This document shows positions 1 through 15,100 of a stretch of DNA of 64,000 nucleotides, one piece after another (position 1 is the stretch's first letter; every line of letters starts with the position of its first letter). The position numbers and the translations under genes were made by a program. A model generated the notes under the pieces. The model saw only the letters and a program-made list of their open reading frames with translations, had not been told where the DNA came from and did not search any database. Location: NCBI GenBank assembly GCA_964035545.1, contig OZ037766.1, positions 27,759,673-27,823,672 of the forward strand, given 5' to 3'. The DNA comes from Bugula neritina (lineage: Eukaryota; Animalia; Bryozoa).

Positions 1-262
1 CATAAGTTATGCAATTTTTCCAGTCAGAGAGAGAAATTAATAGACAGAGAGATCATATTTCCAACAAAAAAGAGATAGAAAGACTAAATAGACACACACC
101 AATATCTGGTTAGTACAATATAGCTGGTTTAGATGAAAGAAAAACATTTTAAACCAAGAGAATAGTGAACGTTTGAGTATAACATATAATATATAAACTT
201 CAATCATGCCCACAGAGTACACTGACTGAGAGTTAGTGAGACAACTCTGAATAACAACTTAC

Positions 263-816
263 TCTTAGTGCCTGGAACACTGGAGCTTTTCTTCAGCATA
301 TGTCTCACTTTTGGAATGTCCTCTTTGTTGGAATCAAGGAGGAGGTTGGTGGCCCACACTTCATCCTCATGGCAAAGTTCTAAGAACTCAGCTAACTGAT
401 CCTTGGGTATCTGCATATTACGCATACAGAGTATATATTACCAACAGCTTCTAATACAGTTTAACATTCCAATTATTATACATGTATGAAGATTATCTTA
501 TATTGGATAATATAGACCTGGAATGTATAATCTCTGAATGAGCGAGCATGTCATTTTAATATAAACCAGGTAGGGCAACTTCTAATAATTCACCAGCTCC
601 AACTGAGCTTCACAGGCAAAGTTGTGATACTACACGAACCATGGCGAAGGGAAACTAGAGCAAACAGGAGTGGATATACATCATTTACCTGGGGGAAACA
701 GGCGTGTAGGTTTGTGAGCTTATCTTGAGTTGACTCTTCAGGAGAAGTGCAATCTGATAGAGCGATTTTGTCCTCGTCAGACGTCATTGTGCCCTTATCT
801 AAAATACATGGACGTA

Positions 817-880
<64 letters not shown>

Positions 881-3800
881 AAATTTTATCTACGCAACAC
901 TGAGCTCTGCTTTTACCTTTATTTGAAGACATAACGTCTCAATATATTTATCTATAGTCACATAATATGCTGTAATTCAAATAGACTTTAGAATCATCAC
1001 AACATATTTTAGTAAAATAATAGTGCACACAGGTATAATGTTGACAATGTATTCCAACAACTCCCCAACACCCGCGCAGTACCACGGCGGTGAAAGGTAA
1101 CCAAGGTAGCCAACATATTCCAACAACTCACCATGGGTGACTAAAGCTGGTTTGTACAATGGATTTACAGCTGCAGGAGGAAACGGTTTTTTAGATCTCC
1201 CTGTAACAAGCAGCCATCCTACAAGTGTAGAGAATAAATATACATGATATATAATATTATACTATCTCATCAATATTAGCAATACTTTAACAGTAACAAG
1301 TATGCAGCAGTAATAACGAATATTAGAGTTGTGCTCCCCTTTCTCAATTGCGTCGCTATATTTTAGTGACAATGAGCTTGAGCATTGAATAAATAATATC
1401 ATTATCTGCATACAATAGAGATGATGAACATAACTAAACTTTGACAGTTTCCTAATAAGTTATTGGAGGGTATTATCATAATCATAAACCAGCCAAATTC
1501 AAAAACAAACATAAAGATGATTGCAGTTTCACAAATGTGATAAACATGTATGTAGAAATTCAGAGTGAATGATGAACCAATGAAAGAAAAGTGAAGCAGC
1601 ACTTTTCTGGGTCAAAATAATTGAGTATATAATCAGGTTTTTAAAGTGTGAAAAGTAAAAAATAACCGGGCAGCATGTCATTGCATGAGAGCACAAACTG
1701 ATAGAACCGTGTCAGCTAGTTGGTACACTCTGGAAACTCAAATCAAGTCCAACCAATGTAAAAGATGGAATAATACTTGATATTCCACACAATAAGTCAA
1801 GCAATGCAAAACTTCATTATTTAAAGACTGTAATTCTAAATTGCACACACACTCCTGTGATGAATGACAGGTGCATTGAAATTCTCAAATATTACTCCAA
1901 AACACACCACAGCAGTGACTGTATCTTACCAAAAATATATGTTTTACCACCAAAAATTCATTAAAAAGTAGTTAACGGAAAATTTAATGATTTTCAAATA
2001 AGTAAATAAGAACACGTAGAATTAAACAGGGAAGTATTTTTTAATAAATATTTGGTGGCTATTTGTTAGCTTTAGTGCATCTCAAACAAGTGAGGTTGTA
2101 CACCCAAGCACCCAGACACACAGGAAATTGCCTTACTTGATACATCAACTGAACAGCGGGTACCTGGCATTTCTGAAGCAAGACCAGTGACCACATTCAC
2201 CAGTGTGATATTTAGAATGAACCCCATGATATGTTACAAATATAACTGCTTTAATAAAAACTGAATGATTGAATCATCATATAAGCTTTCAACATTCGAT
2301 TTTGAAATTTTAGCCTTAAAAATATCAGTTAAGAACTTTGGTTAATGGTTCCAGCATTACTACTGTGACTCAAAAATAAAACAATAAGGTATGTACCTTT
2401 ACAAGTGATTGAATTTCAAATCAGAGTATTCGTAAACTTGCAAATTTGTATAATCAAATCCTCTTAGAAGGTAGGATGTTGGTAAATATAACATAATTCA
2501 AAGACAATATGAATATCATCACTATTCTCTACCTTCAGGAAGTGCTTGGTTGTACTGCATAGCTTTGAAAGCCATGGCATAGTCTGACGGGTCTGTCAAG
2601 GTGCCCTGATCTGTGTGTTTGACATCTGGAGCAGGTGCTGAAGGTGAATGCAGGTGGACTGTAGGAGCAATCTCCTGGTAGGGTGGGGGAGGGTCAGCAA
2701 CAGGTGTCAAGGTCAAAGGGTAGGGGGGAGTGGCCCAGTCATTTGACATCCAACTATTAAATGAGGAAATAATAAACAGTAAGGTTGTAGAAATGCTAAG
2801 AAACATACTGATGCTATGGGATAATTGTTATGATTTCTGAATGTTCCAACATTTTTTTTACATTTTCACCATGCTTGCATGGAATGTTGAAAGTTTTTGA
2901 TAAAATACAGACTAAACTAAATGGCTAAAAAATCAGTTAATCAAGCATTTGAAATAACATTTACGATTTTCAGCAACACCAAAGATAATGTACATGTAGA
3001 TATCCGAGGATATGAAGATTAGCCAATCAGTCTCTCACCGAGAAGTTTCCTGTTGATTATGGCACAATATGGCGGTAGAACTTCTCTTTGGTTTAGAAGA
3101 CTCCTTTTTAGTACGCGGGAGTGAAGCTGTTTGAGAGAGTGACGGAATAGTCTCAGAAGTGCTGCTGGATCTCATTGGTCGAGGTAGCGTGACGGAGCCA
3201 CTTAGAATAGCACTTCCGCTGACCTCTCTAAGCTCATCACCCATAGCGCTGCCGAGGGTAGAAAGGCTGGCCAGACTAGGAACTGTCTGTGACTGATTAG
3301 GAGTGTCTACAGCTCTATTCAAACCAGAGTCAACTGAGACACTTTTGTCTACAGTTTCAGATGACTGGGTGGTCGACACGCTTTCGGCACCTTGCGCTGT
3401 GGAGATAGTCTCATCATCTGCTGCCGTTACAACAGTAGGCGAGGTCATATCCCCTGCAGCGGTCAGGATGCCAGAGTCAGCTGACTGCAGCTGAAGTGAA
3501 GAGTCAGCAGGTAGCGAGGAAGTCAAGGGGGTAGATGCCGTGAGACTAGCCGTTGAGTCGCTACCATCACTATGAGATGACTTACTCAAACACAACATAT
3601 CGGACTTGCTATGTACAATACGCTTCACTTTGACAGTTTTAGATTTCTTAGACTGAGAGTCATCTGTGTTTGAGGAGACGGCGTCGGAGTTGAGTACTTT
3701 TATTGTCTTCTTACGGCCCAACCCACTGATAGACGTGTTGGGATACATGATCTCTGTCTCTACCTGGTTGTCCTCATCTTCGCTGTCTTTCTGTGATGCT

Positions 3801-6800
3801 GCCGGAGGTGCAGCCGAAACCCGCACTGGATTCTGCTGCTGCGCAAATTCATCAACCTGGAAATCATATGAAGAGAAAAATAAGTTTTCTTCACTCTAAA
3901 GTTAGAGTTTGCCAACGGTAATAACTACCCCTACTGTGTGTACCATGCTGTGTAACTCGCTGTCCTCTCATTATACAGTTTATCTATATTCACATATAGC
4001 CAGCCTTGTTTTAATGAAATAAACTAGTCTAAGTAGAAGTAGAAAGACATACTGATATAACTTCACTGGTTTATATGATTAGTTAACTACAGACATTAGA
4101 AAGAGCTACAGATAGCTATATGTTACAAGCAGCATCTTATGGCAAAGAGTCACAAGCACACTGCTTTACATTGGACAAACATGAAACACATAAAAATTAG
4201 TCTAAGATCCCACCTTTTTATCTTTCAGTTTTTCAATTGTTTCGTGCTGCTTGTTGCGCTTCATAGTTTTGGAGAGCGGCTTCTTCCGGGAAAGTTTGGT
4301 GCCATATGATCTGAACTGCTCAGCCATGGCGACAAGATTCGGGTCTTTACTGTTGGCACTTGAGAAGAAAAGTATGAGTGGACACATTGTACAAATACAT
4401 TAGTAAAAAGCAAAATTTAGTCAAAAGGGAGCAAATGGAAAGGTGGAATGTGAACAAACCCAATGTATTTAACTTAGTAACAAAGGAGTCAATGCAAGGA
4501 AAATATTTCATGAAACCACACAGGTTCTAAATACCAGACAGCTTACTCAATAAAAGCTTATGAGCTGAAGAAATTATGTAGTAGACTGAATTACTAGCGA
4601 TTTATAGTAACAATTGTATACAATTAGTACTATAGATAAAATACCCACCTTACAACCAAGTCTATTAACTTCTCTACCGTGACTGTTCGGTCAAACCTTT
4701 CCAACATTTGCTTTATCTTGATGAAGGAAACCTTGTGTGTATTCTTCCTGCAGAGCAATAGGATAGGAATTGTAATACTATTGCTTAATCAACCATCAAT
4801 ATTATTAAACAGTGTTGAGGTTAGGTAAAAATATGACAAGTAACTAATCTAATCTTTAAAGTAACACAAAAACGCTAACAATGGTTGAAAATGAAGTAAA
4901 GGTTGAGAGAATAAACTACATATTGCTATATACACACAACTGTCTAAAATGTATAAAATATCATAGAAATTTTAAAGTGCAGTGCAATTGCCAAACCTAC
5001 CACAGAACTTAATTAGTTACTATACTCAATATACACTTTGATACACGGTAACTACACTAGATATTATACACTATACGTATGTTATGTGCCCAATGATCAT
5101 TACCCTACTAAATACACAGCAACACTGACTGACACTTCACATGAAAACATATTAATTGATACAGTCCACAAACCAACAATAAAAAGTCAATAGTTGCATG
5201 AGAAGAGTAAAACTATTAATAGAATAAAAATTGCAATACAGCAGCCACTGCTTTGCATACCAGTAATGGCAGCATGGATACACCTTACAGCGTGACGTCC
5301 TGTAGCAAGCCTTAACATATGCAACAGCACACTACAATTATGTGGCAGCAGCAAAATAAAATGACAAGAAAGATAAACAGCCATAATGAGTTAAAATTTA
5401 GTTCAACTGTCTAAAATACTTCTAAGGCTTATATAACTATTTAAAAAAACATAATGTATAATTTATAATTGAATATATAATATATAGCACAAGCGAAACT
5501 AAATAATAGTGAATAATGAAACAGAGCAGAGATGTTCAACACTATAGATGCTATATAAAATTACCAATAAAAGCTACCCAAGATGCCTTTTTAAATTATG
5601 ATGTCCACAAATTTTTATTTGCTATTTAAATATTATGTTTCATACTGACAGAGCTTAAAAATTGTGCTTCATGTTGAAAAATGTTGTTAGAATAAACGCC
5701 AGACCTAATAATTATAAATACAACTAGTCACAACCTTGCACCAAATCTAACTCTGCCAAGCAACTATTTGCCCTAATAATGAATTTACATGCATACATGC
5801 AAAGCAATACATCACATATACATATATACGTCGCGTACATCAGCCTACAATGTCCAGAATCTAAATGTCATAAAGTGATTGTACTCAAGGAAAAAGTGGA
5901 ACACAGTGACTGCAAATCTCCAAGCTAAAAGTGAATGACATTTAATACAACCCTAACTAGCAGATATCAATAATGAATTATCCACATAATGAATTTATGC
6001 TGCACAGGAATGGATTATTTTAATGTGCAACACTAAACTAAACATTGATTTATTCACGACACTTGGTCCATGCAGTAAGCATGCATAACCTTGACAAGTT
6101 CCACAGGTGATTCAGGTGCTTCTATAAGATATTTAACCTTAGAAACACCAGTGCCACATTTATCCACACTGTATGTTTACTGAAGACATTATTTTGTACC
6201 ACTATATACTCCTATACATCTATTGTCATGGCAGGTAATTGGGTAAACTAATAAGACAGCTGTAGATAATACACAGGTAATCAGATACACAGGTGAGAGT
6301 TTACCTGGATAAATCCTTAGCATTGTACTTCCAGGTTGTATCAGGTTCAGCCAGAATGGGACGATACCCAAACTGAAGGCACAGTTTTACATAAGGCTCC
6401 ATCTCAAACACCTCCAAGTTTGTATTGTCAATCAGAATAGGAGTGACTTCGGCTTCACATGCCAGCTTGGCTAAAGAACAAGCACATGCTGTCTATAGTC
6501 TACCATGAGTAGGTGGCAGCTGGATTATACAATGTACTGGTGAGTGAAGACAACTTCTTCTCGAGGCATCACTTACCATTTCTCTTGCAGGCAGCGTGAG
6601 CTTCAGGCAGCAGATGAGCACTCCACGAATATTCACCCCGGGAGTTGATAAAATAGTCGTCAGCTGAGAAGATTTGACCTTGAGTGGCATCAACCACTTT
6701 CCTATGTTAAAATATATATAAACAATGCAAGAGCCATGATGATATCACTTCACAAATTAGAACATGACATAATCGCGGCTAAAGCACTAACTAGCTCAAA

Positions 6801-9800
6801 ATGAGGCGCTTTGTATACTTGTTAGAAGGAAATGTGGAGTTACCTCCCCATAGTAGTCTTGCCAGATCCGGAAACCCCCCGCAGTATGATCATAACTTTG
6901 CTGCCCGAAGCTGTCACCTCCAACAGATGGGTGAGCACGCTGTCAGGACTGCCTGGGGGCAGCATTTTAGGCACCTTTGGTCTGGCACTCTCAAAGGCTG
7001 TTGGAACGGCAGTTCCCGAGGAGAGAATGCCGTTGTATGGGTACTGGTTCTCCTGGAACACGCAATACGAAATTCCCGATATAAGGCATGTACCTCAACA
7101 CAATGCTATAATACTCTTCATAATTCAATATGGTTAATTATGAGGAGTATATATAGATACATCAATACACTGTTTCAAGAAGAATATACACATGTAAATA
7201 TACTATTTGAAGAGGAGCATATGTGAACATAGATATATTGAACTGAGGTGAAACATATTATTATCCCTCATAATTTAAAAAGAATGAGCTAGAATAAGTG
7301 GCCTACCTTTCCAGAGCGTTGCTGACTCTGAGTGGCAGCAGCAGAGTACGAGGATGATGGAGTCGTCTCCACTAAAGTCTTGACGTCGCTAAAATACAAA
7401 AGGATGATGCAATAACATACTTCAACAATGTGGGGCACAGCATGTCTACTGCATAGGGATCTTATAATCTCAAATACATGTAAACTGTCTGTCTAGCATG
7501 GATCTTAGAGATGAGTCAATAAGCTCTTGAGGCTAACAGAGAGGTGGACACACAGACAGACAGTAATGGTAGGCACTGGGACACGGGAAAGGTTATACTT
7601 ACGATATGACAATATCTGGACAGTTAGCAGATGAGAGATTGGCAACTGGTAAAACACTGTCCTTTGCTGTCTCCCTACAAACAAACACAAGTTCCAAGGA
7701 TGTAGAAAGAGAATGCAACACATTCTAATATCTCTTGGGAATCACAAAGCTGCATCAACATCGTGTGCAGTATACACTATTGCACAGTGAGTGCAAACCT
7801 ATGAAAGCCAGGAACTAGGACCGACAATAGACAGCGCTAGTTGTTTACCTGTCAGGTGTGAGTTCTCTTACATCTCCATCACTACGAGACACTTCTGTGT
7901 GCAGTTGAGTGGTGAGAGAACTAATAGCTTCACTGTACTCGGCTATGGAGGCACCATGGGACAGCGGCCCTTTAGATACAACACATGTTATTACACACAG
8001 CAGTCACAAAGAAATATGGAGTTATTTACCTGCATATGGCGAGACAACTCTCATTAACAGCGACTTTTCATATAGAAGTTCTGGTTTAGATGAAATAAAA
8101 TGTGAATATTTTAGAAAAATGCACACATATTAGTAGACAGAGAACCAAATTATAAATCAAAAGAAATGAAATAGCAGTAATACAGCACTATCACTGTAGC
8201 TCCATAATAATATGATGATGTGTTGCCAATAAAAAAAGAATGAAAGCTCCAACAGAGGTTTGTTTCTTCATAAAACCTTTTAGACATCTAAAGCATGTAC
8301 TCTGTCAAATCAGTGCTAGGAGCTGAGCTTCCTAGCACTGGACATATTGTTAGTAGACAGGGCAGTGTATGATTACCTGCAGAGAGAGTAGCGTTAGGTT
8401 GCGGGGCTCCACTACACAAGTTATCATACGTCCCCTTCTCTAAAACTATGTCCCCGTGGTCTACGGGGATAACTAGCTGACCTACTAAACACACCAAAAA
8501 CAAAACTACACTCAAAGCGAGTCCAGACAGCAAGCCCATGCAAATCTAACAGCAATTCACAAGGTTAACTATCCTGCACTAGTGTAAAATGTATATCACC
8601 TATAGCCAATTACATCTAAAGTGAAGCTGTATTTAGCTAAAGGGGAGCACAACATTGCAAGAAAATAAAAACTATGTTACAGGTATTAGTCGAATAAACA
8701 CAAAACTAATTACATTTAGAGCCTTGCTCTCACAACTAGAGTGCACACAACTCCAAACTAATGGATCACTCAAAGTTTGTTTTTAGGCCAAACTATGCGT
8801 GCTTTTTCGTTCACTTCTGCAAACATAAATGCAGTAAAAACTAAATCAAAACAAAAAACACTACGAAAACATGAACGGAGAAAGCATGGCTATGCTAACA
8901 TCAAACAGAGGGGACATAACTCTGACACGTACCAGGATCCGATGCTGCTGCCCCCAGCGTAGGCTGATCTTGATGAGCTGAATAGGTTCTATCTAGAGAC
9001 ATCGTGATGCCAATGTCATCAACACTAGACATATCGGGTAGAGTCATGGTGTTGGTTTTCTTGGGGGTGCCCAGTGAGCCATAGTACATGGAGGAAGCTG
9101 TTTGCAAATAAATATGGAAATACAGAGTATTCGTAAAAAATACCGTCTGTATCCAACAAAATCCTTGGATATTAACTGGGAGTTTTTGCAAGCTTGAGCA
9201 GTTTTAATTATTAGTTCACCTTGTCATTAACATTGTTTGAATTAAACTATTTGTATAAAATTACTAATAACTCTAGAACAATCTACTATAAAGATTTGTT
9301 ATCTTACATAAACCAGGCCACAACACATTTAGTGTTTTATTCCTCTAACTTTACCACCTCTTTATTTAAACAGAGTCTAAACAATCTTCTCAAAACAGTT
9401 ACTTGAATAAAAAACGGAACAGCAAATTTTAAACGATTTCAACTAGTGATGATAATACACTCCAAAAACTCACGCTCCAGGGATCTGTTGGACTCCAGCG
9501 ACTCTGTGGAGCCGAGTGAGATGTTCTTTGATGTCAGAGTCCCATTTCTGAGCAAGGTTTTGGGAGTTGTGGCTCTCGATCTAGCCAACTTTTGTCTGTC
9601 CAGGTCATTGATATTTCCTGTGAAACAAAGTGGAATAAAATTAAAGCTCATCTCCAAATATACTTCTACACCAATTTCAGGAAAATACTATATCAAAAGA
9701 GTGACATGGATTTTGTCTAATGGTTTCCTATACTAATTATAAAGTAGCATATGAATTCCCCACAAGTCTATTGAATTTACCAAACATCTCAGAGGAAATG

Positions 9801-12800
9801 TTTAACAAACTGACAACCTTTTCCATTGTAATCTATCAATCATCCTATCAAAAGATATGGTGTCAGTAAAACTACTAAATATACCGTGTATATCTCAGTC
9901 TCACGCTCACCTGGGCTATTCTCCAGCATGTTGGCAACCTCGGAGAGATTCCGTTGTGTCTGGTTTCGAGTGACCTCCAGTCCGAACTCATCCAAGGAGG
10001 TAACACTGGAACAGTAGGACAGAGTAGGGGCGGTTGGCGTAAGGTTGTGGTGCGGTGTCAATGCTCCAAACCCAGCTAGAAGAAGCAAGAAACATAGGCT
10101 AAAAAGTAGACTGAAATAGCTAGTTACAGATTACACTCACCATTACCAATATAATGCATGGGTGATCGAAAATAAATTCACAAACTATGCATAAACAGTT
10201 GATTTGGTACACAAGCTGCTTCAAACCAAAACAGGCACTTGGCAGACACAAATTTAAAAGGTGAGGATAAGCAATTAAATAAACACCAAATCCAAGGCAC
10301 CAAAGGTATTGTACATTATTGCTTCAAAACTGGTTTGAAATCTACTCAATATTCACGGTGACTAACAGTGAGTCAACAGTAACTGGGACTATTAGTTCAC
10401 CCAATAGTAATTATAACTCTTACTCAAAGGGTACAGGTGAGAGTTATCCGGAGAAGCCATCTGTGAGAACGCATCTAAGGCCTGACTCTCTACAAATACA
10501 CAGTAAATTAGTGTCAGCAGCTGTGATTGGCTGAATGTGATGCATCTATCCAATCAACTTGCTTCAATTATAAATTGCGCTGCTCTAGCGGTTTCAATAT
10601 TAAGATTTTAGTAAAGAACTGAAGAAGTAAAATTAACGCTTTCCAATTAGAATTATTGTGAGATCAAAATATGCCTGATTATGGAATGGAATAAAATTAC
10701 TGGGCTTGAAAATCCAACACCACACAACACTAAGGTCTGCAAATAAAGCAGAACTTCTTTCTGCAAGCTATAAAACACAGCAGTATGTTGATACAAGGAA
10801 AGAGGAAACATTCAGCACAAAAAGCTACACTCTTAATGTAATTTTCATGACCTTTATCACATGTTATTATAAATAGTTTTGGTTGGCACAAGCAGCAGCA
10901 TCTCGAATGTAAACAGAGATGACACTGGCTCATTCTGGTGGCTTTATTTAGGTTTCACTTGTGAAAGAAAAGCATACAGTAGTTTAATTTGGATGCTTTA
11001 CACCACCACAGCATTCAGGGGAGTCAGCTTGGTGATTGAATCTAACTCTATTTGTTTATCATGTATTGCATAGTTCAACTGTCGTTGATGATCATAAAAT
11101 ATTAAGGAATTGTGTCCGTTGTATCTACCAATATATTTCATCTGCAAAGATGTCTAAATGTACTTTGAGAGGGGCAGCTTCTCTAAACTTCTAAATGTTG
11201 AGAAAAAAAATCTTAGCTTATAACAAAAACAGTTTAAGGACAAAACTTCCAGACTTTTTATTAGCCAAATGAAAAGTACTGGTGTTTTTGCCAAGAATGT
11301 ATCAGTGTATGTTTGTTTTATAAGCAAGTTAGAAAATCCAGGGCTGTGCAGCACGTAAACATATATTTACATAGTAACAAAAGTTGAAAAGTTGATGAAG
11401 AGCTAAATCAGCTGTTTTATGCATACAACGCAGTGTGATATGACAAGTAGTAATTATTATAGCAGTCATTAGCAACTGTCTGTCATCTGCAAATTATAAT
11501 CCTGGATCTAAACTACTCAGTACATTGTTCCGAAAGTTAAGTCACGTAAAACTATAATATAATTGTAGCTTTGGTAACACTTTTAATCTTTAGAGAAAAC
11601 AATGAAATTGCCAGTAACTTCTCAGCATATTATAATTAAGAGATAAAAATGTAAATTGGTGGCAAAGTGCAGGAGAGTCTTCAGTAAACAAAGCACAAAT
11701 TTTCCGAGACTTGTTAAAGTAGGGCCATGCACTAAAGGCTCTAGTTGGCAGTGTATGTATGATGGGAGATACAATTAGCAGTTTCTACATAGCTATGACA
11801 TGGTGGTAGATAAAGAGAAACTGCGGTAGTTTAACAGAAGCAACCCGCCACACTACCCAGCAACTAAAACAACTGCAATAGAGCAGACTGTGTGTTGGGG
11901 GGGGGGGGGGTGATCTATCACTGGGATCTAATGTGAAAAGTTGGAGCATAGCAACTAGACAGGCTCCACCATATATATATGTCACGGACAGAATATTCAA
12001 TGTTATAACATTACTTATCAGTGAGAGTTGTATCACAGCTAACTGTATAGTAGGCCAACCAGTAAGAACTTCTCTTCAGAACAACTTCCAACTAGTAACT
12101 TGTACTTACACATCTAAGCCAACACTCTCTACTAGCTATGTTTATAAATAGTTTAAGAAATATTTAAGCCTGCCACTAAGAAAAAGGAAGTTACATGTAA
12201 TCTGAGAGTTTATAGTGAAGGCTAAAGTTGCTGGGGCAATCTGGGTTAGGCTAAATATGTCCAGCCTCAATCAATTAAAATCTTGTACAATCTCAAGTTT
12301 AATCAGTCACTAACTATACTACCCTCAGTGTGATAACATGAAACAGAAGCACTTGCACTGAGCTGTCATCAGATAGCTGCCTGATAGACAGCTACTAGCT
12401 GACAGTGACCAACATACCATTCCAGTTGACTTGCTGAAGGATTATATCTATCACTCCGGCCTCAATCCTGCCTTTAAACATTTCAGCAAACATCTTCTTC
12501 ATAGTGTCTCTATCAGCCTGGCACTTAGCTGGCTCAGTACTGCTGCCAATAGCGCTGCCACTAGACAGATCTACGGCAGCAGCACCCTCTACTGGGGTGG
12601 ATTTTCTGGCTGCCAGCTGATTTTTTGAAGAGCCGCTAGCAGGGCTGTGAACAGAGCTGTTGGCAGCTTTAGCATATGATCTGTTGTAGTTGTAAGCATT
12701 TGGTCTCTGTGATTTCCAGGCATCAGTATTTAAGCTGGAAGATGGTCTGTCAGGAAGTTTTCCTGGCTGTGAGGTAGAGCTGCTTTTAGACACAGGAGAG

Positions 12801-13078
12801 TTCAGGCCATTAGAGGTAGGACTGGCCGTGAAGTACGGCTTAGGTGTGTACCTGTAAAAGTAATGCAGTGTGTGAAAAGAGCTTAAAAGATAGGTGGACG
12901 ATACCAAAGCTCAGTAAAATTATTCATTATATAATAGACTTGCAAGAGACTAGCTTAATACAACACGGAAAAGCCTTAATTTTATTTTGTTTGAACCTTA
13001 AAACCTTTTCCGGGCTTACCTGTAATCAAACCTAAACTCAACATTTGAAGTTTCTTTAGATTTCTTCTTTTTAGGCAT
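263..13078 (-). CDS. N4BP2: NEDD4-binding protein 2-like (N4BP2/NONU-1 family): CUE - P-loop polynucleotide kinase (AAA_33-type) - low complexity - CUE. 3' end (expected DUF1771 and Smr) lies outside the window
   Basis: 20 phase-compatible GT-AG exons: 13078-13020, 12851-12418, 10489-10424, 10075-9911, 9617-9474, 9097-8933, 8481-8377, 8080-8030, 7969-7849, 7388-7307, 7052-6844, 6701-6577, 6470-6305, 4747-4649, 4358-4214, 3856-3039, 2753-2533, 1200-1132, 798-689, 410-263. Starts MPKKKKSK. First CUE-like segment MFAEMFKGRIEAGVIDIILQQVNWNESQALDAF. Kinase segment KVMIILRGVSGSGKTT...IFSADDYF...EAH...PILIDNTNL...EMEPY...EPDTTWKY...RKNTHKVSFIKIKQMLERF matches the N4BP2 kinase pattern. Second CUE-like segment LTNLHACFPQIPKDQLAEFLELCHEDEVWATNLLLD. 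Confidence 0.9.
819..878. repeat. (AT)n microsatellite in an N4BP2 intron
   Basis: About 30 consecutive AT dinucleotides. Confidence 0.95.
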
Positions 13079-14199
13079 GGCTTAGTAGGTGATGTATAGT
13101 CTTGTGCAAAGTATATGATTAAACCTAAAATAATAGTAGCTAAAATTGATATCATCATTTACTTATTTAGTACATAAAATTAATTAATGGTTATCACAGA
13201 GCACAGTGTTTACTAAATATCAAACTCAGTATAAACCATGGTTTATTTTGAAATTTGAACCTGGCATAAAAATGTACCATTGAGTGAACAGCTTATCTGT
13301 ATAGCTAGATGGGTTTAGTAGTAGTTCTATTGGCTATATGATTCAAAGCTATTGCAAGCTATCCAGAAATATTGAAAGCTATTGCAAGCTTTTTAAAGCA
13401 TTTTTAAAATACAAGAGCACCAAGATCACAAGTAGTCTGCAATCCAAGAAGTAAAGGTTTAATTTTTCCTCTCTAGTATTTCTCTTTGAATTGTATATAG
13501 CTACGCCACTAAGTAGGCAAGAGGTGATTATATTTTATTTTTGCTGCTATTTTATTTAATTTTATTTCTATATTAAGTTTTATATCTATATAAGTATTCG
13601 TGTAATATACAATTGATTGCTTTGTTTTTATTTAGCTATTTATGTTAAGTTAACCATTATGCTAGTACTGCAGTCAATAATCATAGTGTAAATAAACTTT
13701 GACTTTTACATATAAACCCTTTCAATTTGAATGGCTGTGAAGCTACAACAACAGTTGCACTCAATCTAATTCAGTAATTCTTAACAAACTTGTAGCAATA
13801 GTTGAAGTGTATCATTAGAAATTTAAATTTAACTTGATTATTATTATAATTGTCTAATAATAATTAATAATACTAATCAAGTAATAATTATATTTAGAAT
13901 ATATTCTAGAATGACTATTAGAATACTAAGTTTAACTCTAAGTCATTTGGCCCACATTGACTTTCATATTGATATTCATATTGACTGTCACTGCTGAGAC
14001 TCGGTTTAACACTGATTATTGAATTATTGATATTTTAATTTAACTCAGCCTATTCTAATTATATTCTTAATTATAGTAAACATAATAATAATGCAATAAT
14101 ATTATTAATTATAAATTAACACGAATATTTTTTTGAATTATTAAATTTAATATTATAATTAAATATTAATATTGATACTTGAAACTAATGGCAGTAAAG

Positions 14200-15100
14200 T
14201 ATAAACATAGTGCTCTCCTACTAATAGTTAATTATAGTTATACTAATACTACTAGTTAAACTCATTATGATTAGTTTTTCAACTTTACTAATTCAGTTAT
14301 ACTTATTCATATTGTCTTATAATTATAGTTATTGTTAAATTTAAAAAAATATATATATTTATAATAAAATAACAATACTAATAGTTATAATAATACTAAT
14401 AGTAATACTAATACTCTAATACTAATAGTAATAGTTATAGCAATTAACTCTAACTCAAACTTTAGTTATATTTTGATTTTCAATTTTATCATAATGATAA
14501 TCATAATATTAATATTAATTCATAATCATAATGATAGTGTAAATCATGTTAATGTTCTATAACACTAACTGTAAGTGTAAGTTATAAGTATACCGCCTTT
14601 AAGTTTATTATAGATATTATAATTATTTATTACTAAATCTAATACTAGTAATACTAATACTAATAGTAATAACTAATACTAATAGTAATATTAATACTAC
14701 TACTACTACTAGCAAACACAGCAGTCAAGACACCTAAAAATAATTAGCGTTACTAAATAGTAAATACCTACCTATAAATATCTATCAGTAGTATCAATAA
14801 GTGCGATTGTCCTAAAATACAAATATAATAGACATAGTGATAGTACTAGTAGTAGTAATACTAAGTCTAATAGTAGTCCACTGAATTAGAAATTGAAAAA
14901 TTACTGACCTTTACAAATAGTATGTACTGCGCGCTACAATAGCTAATGCTGGACTGTGCTCTAGCTAATACGTTCTCGGAAATATCGAGAAAAAGGAGGG
15001 GGGCAACAGCCACGTCCTTGAACTTAGAAAGTAGCGGCTGCTGATAATATTCGAATAACATGAAATAATCGTATTGTCATAATGATGAGTCGCGGGTAAT
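14200..15100 (-). promoter_or_regulatory. Probable promoter / first non-coding exon region of the N4BP2-like gene
   Basis: Splice acceptor ~46 nt upstream of the ATG (exon starts at 13124) implies a 5' UTR exon. Candidate donor near 14770. Local CpG enrichment at 14920-15100 beside TACTAATAGTA-type low-complexity tracts. Confidence 0.4.

Noticed and set aside
1051-1131. Short direct repeat ATTCCAACAACTC near an N4BP2 donor, and tandem ATGAATTCTAATTGCTGCC at 44446-44483
   Set aside because: Small local duplications with no evident functional pattern.
8288-10088. Apparent nested gene in an N4BP2 intron, including a signal-peptide-like ORF (MGLLSGLALSVVLFLV...)
   Set aside because: The ORF cores splice in phase as ordinary N4BP2 exons. 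The hydrophobic 'signal' is translated polypyrimidine/intron sequence.
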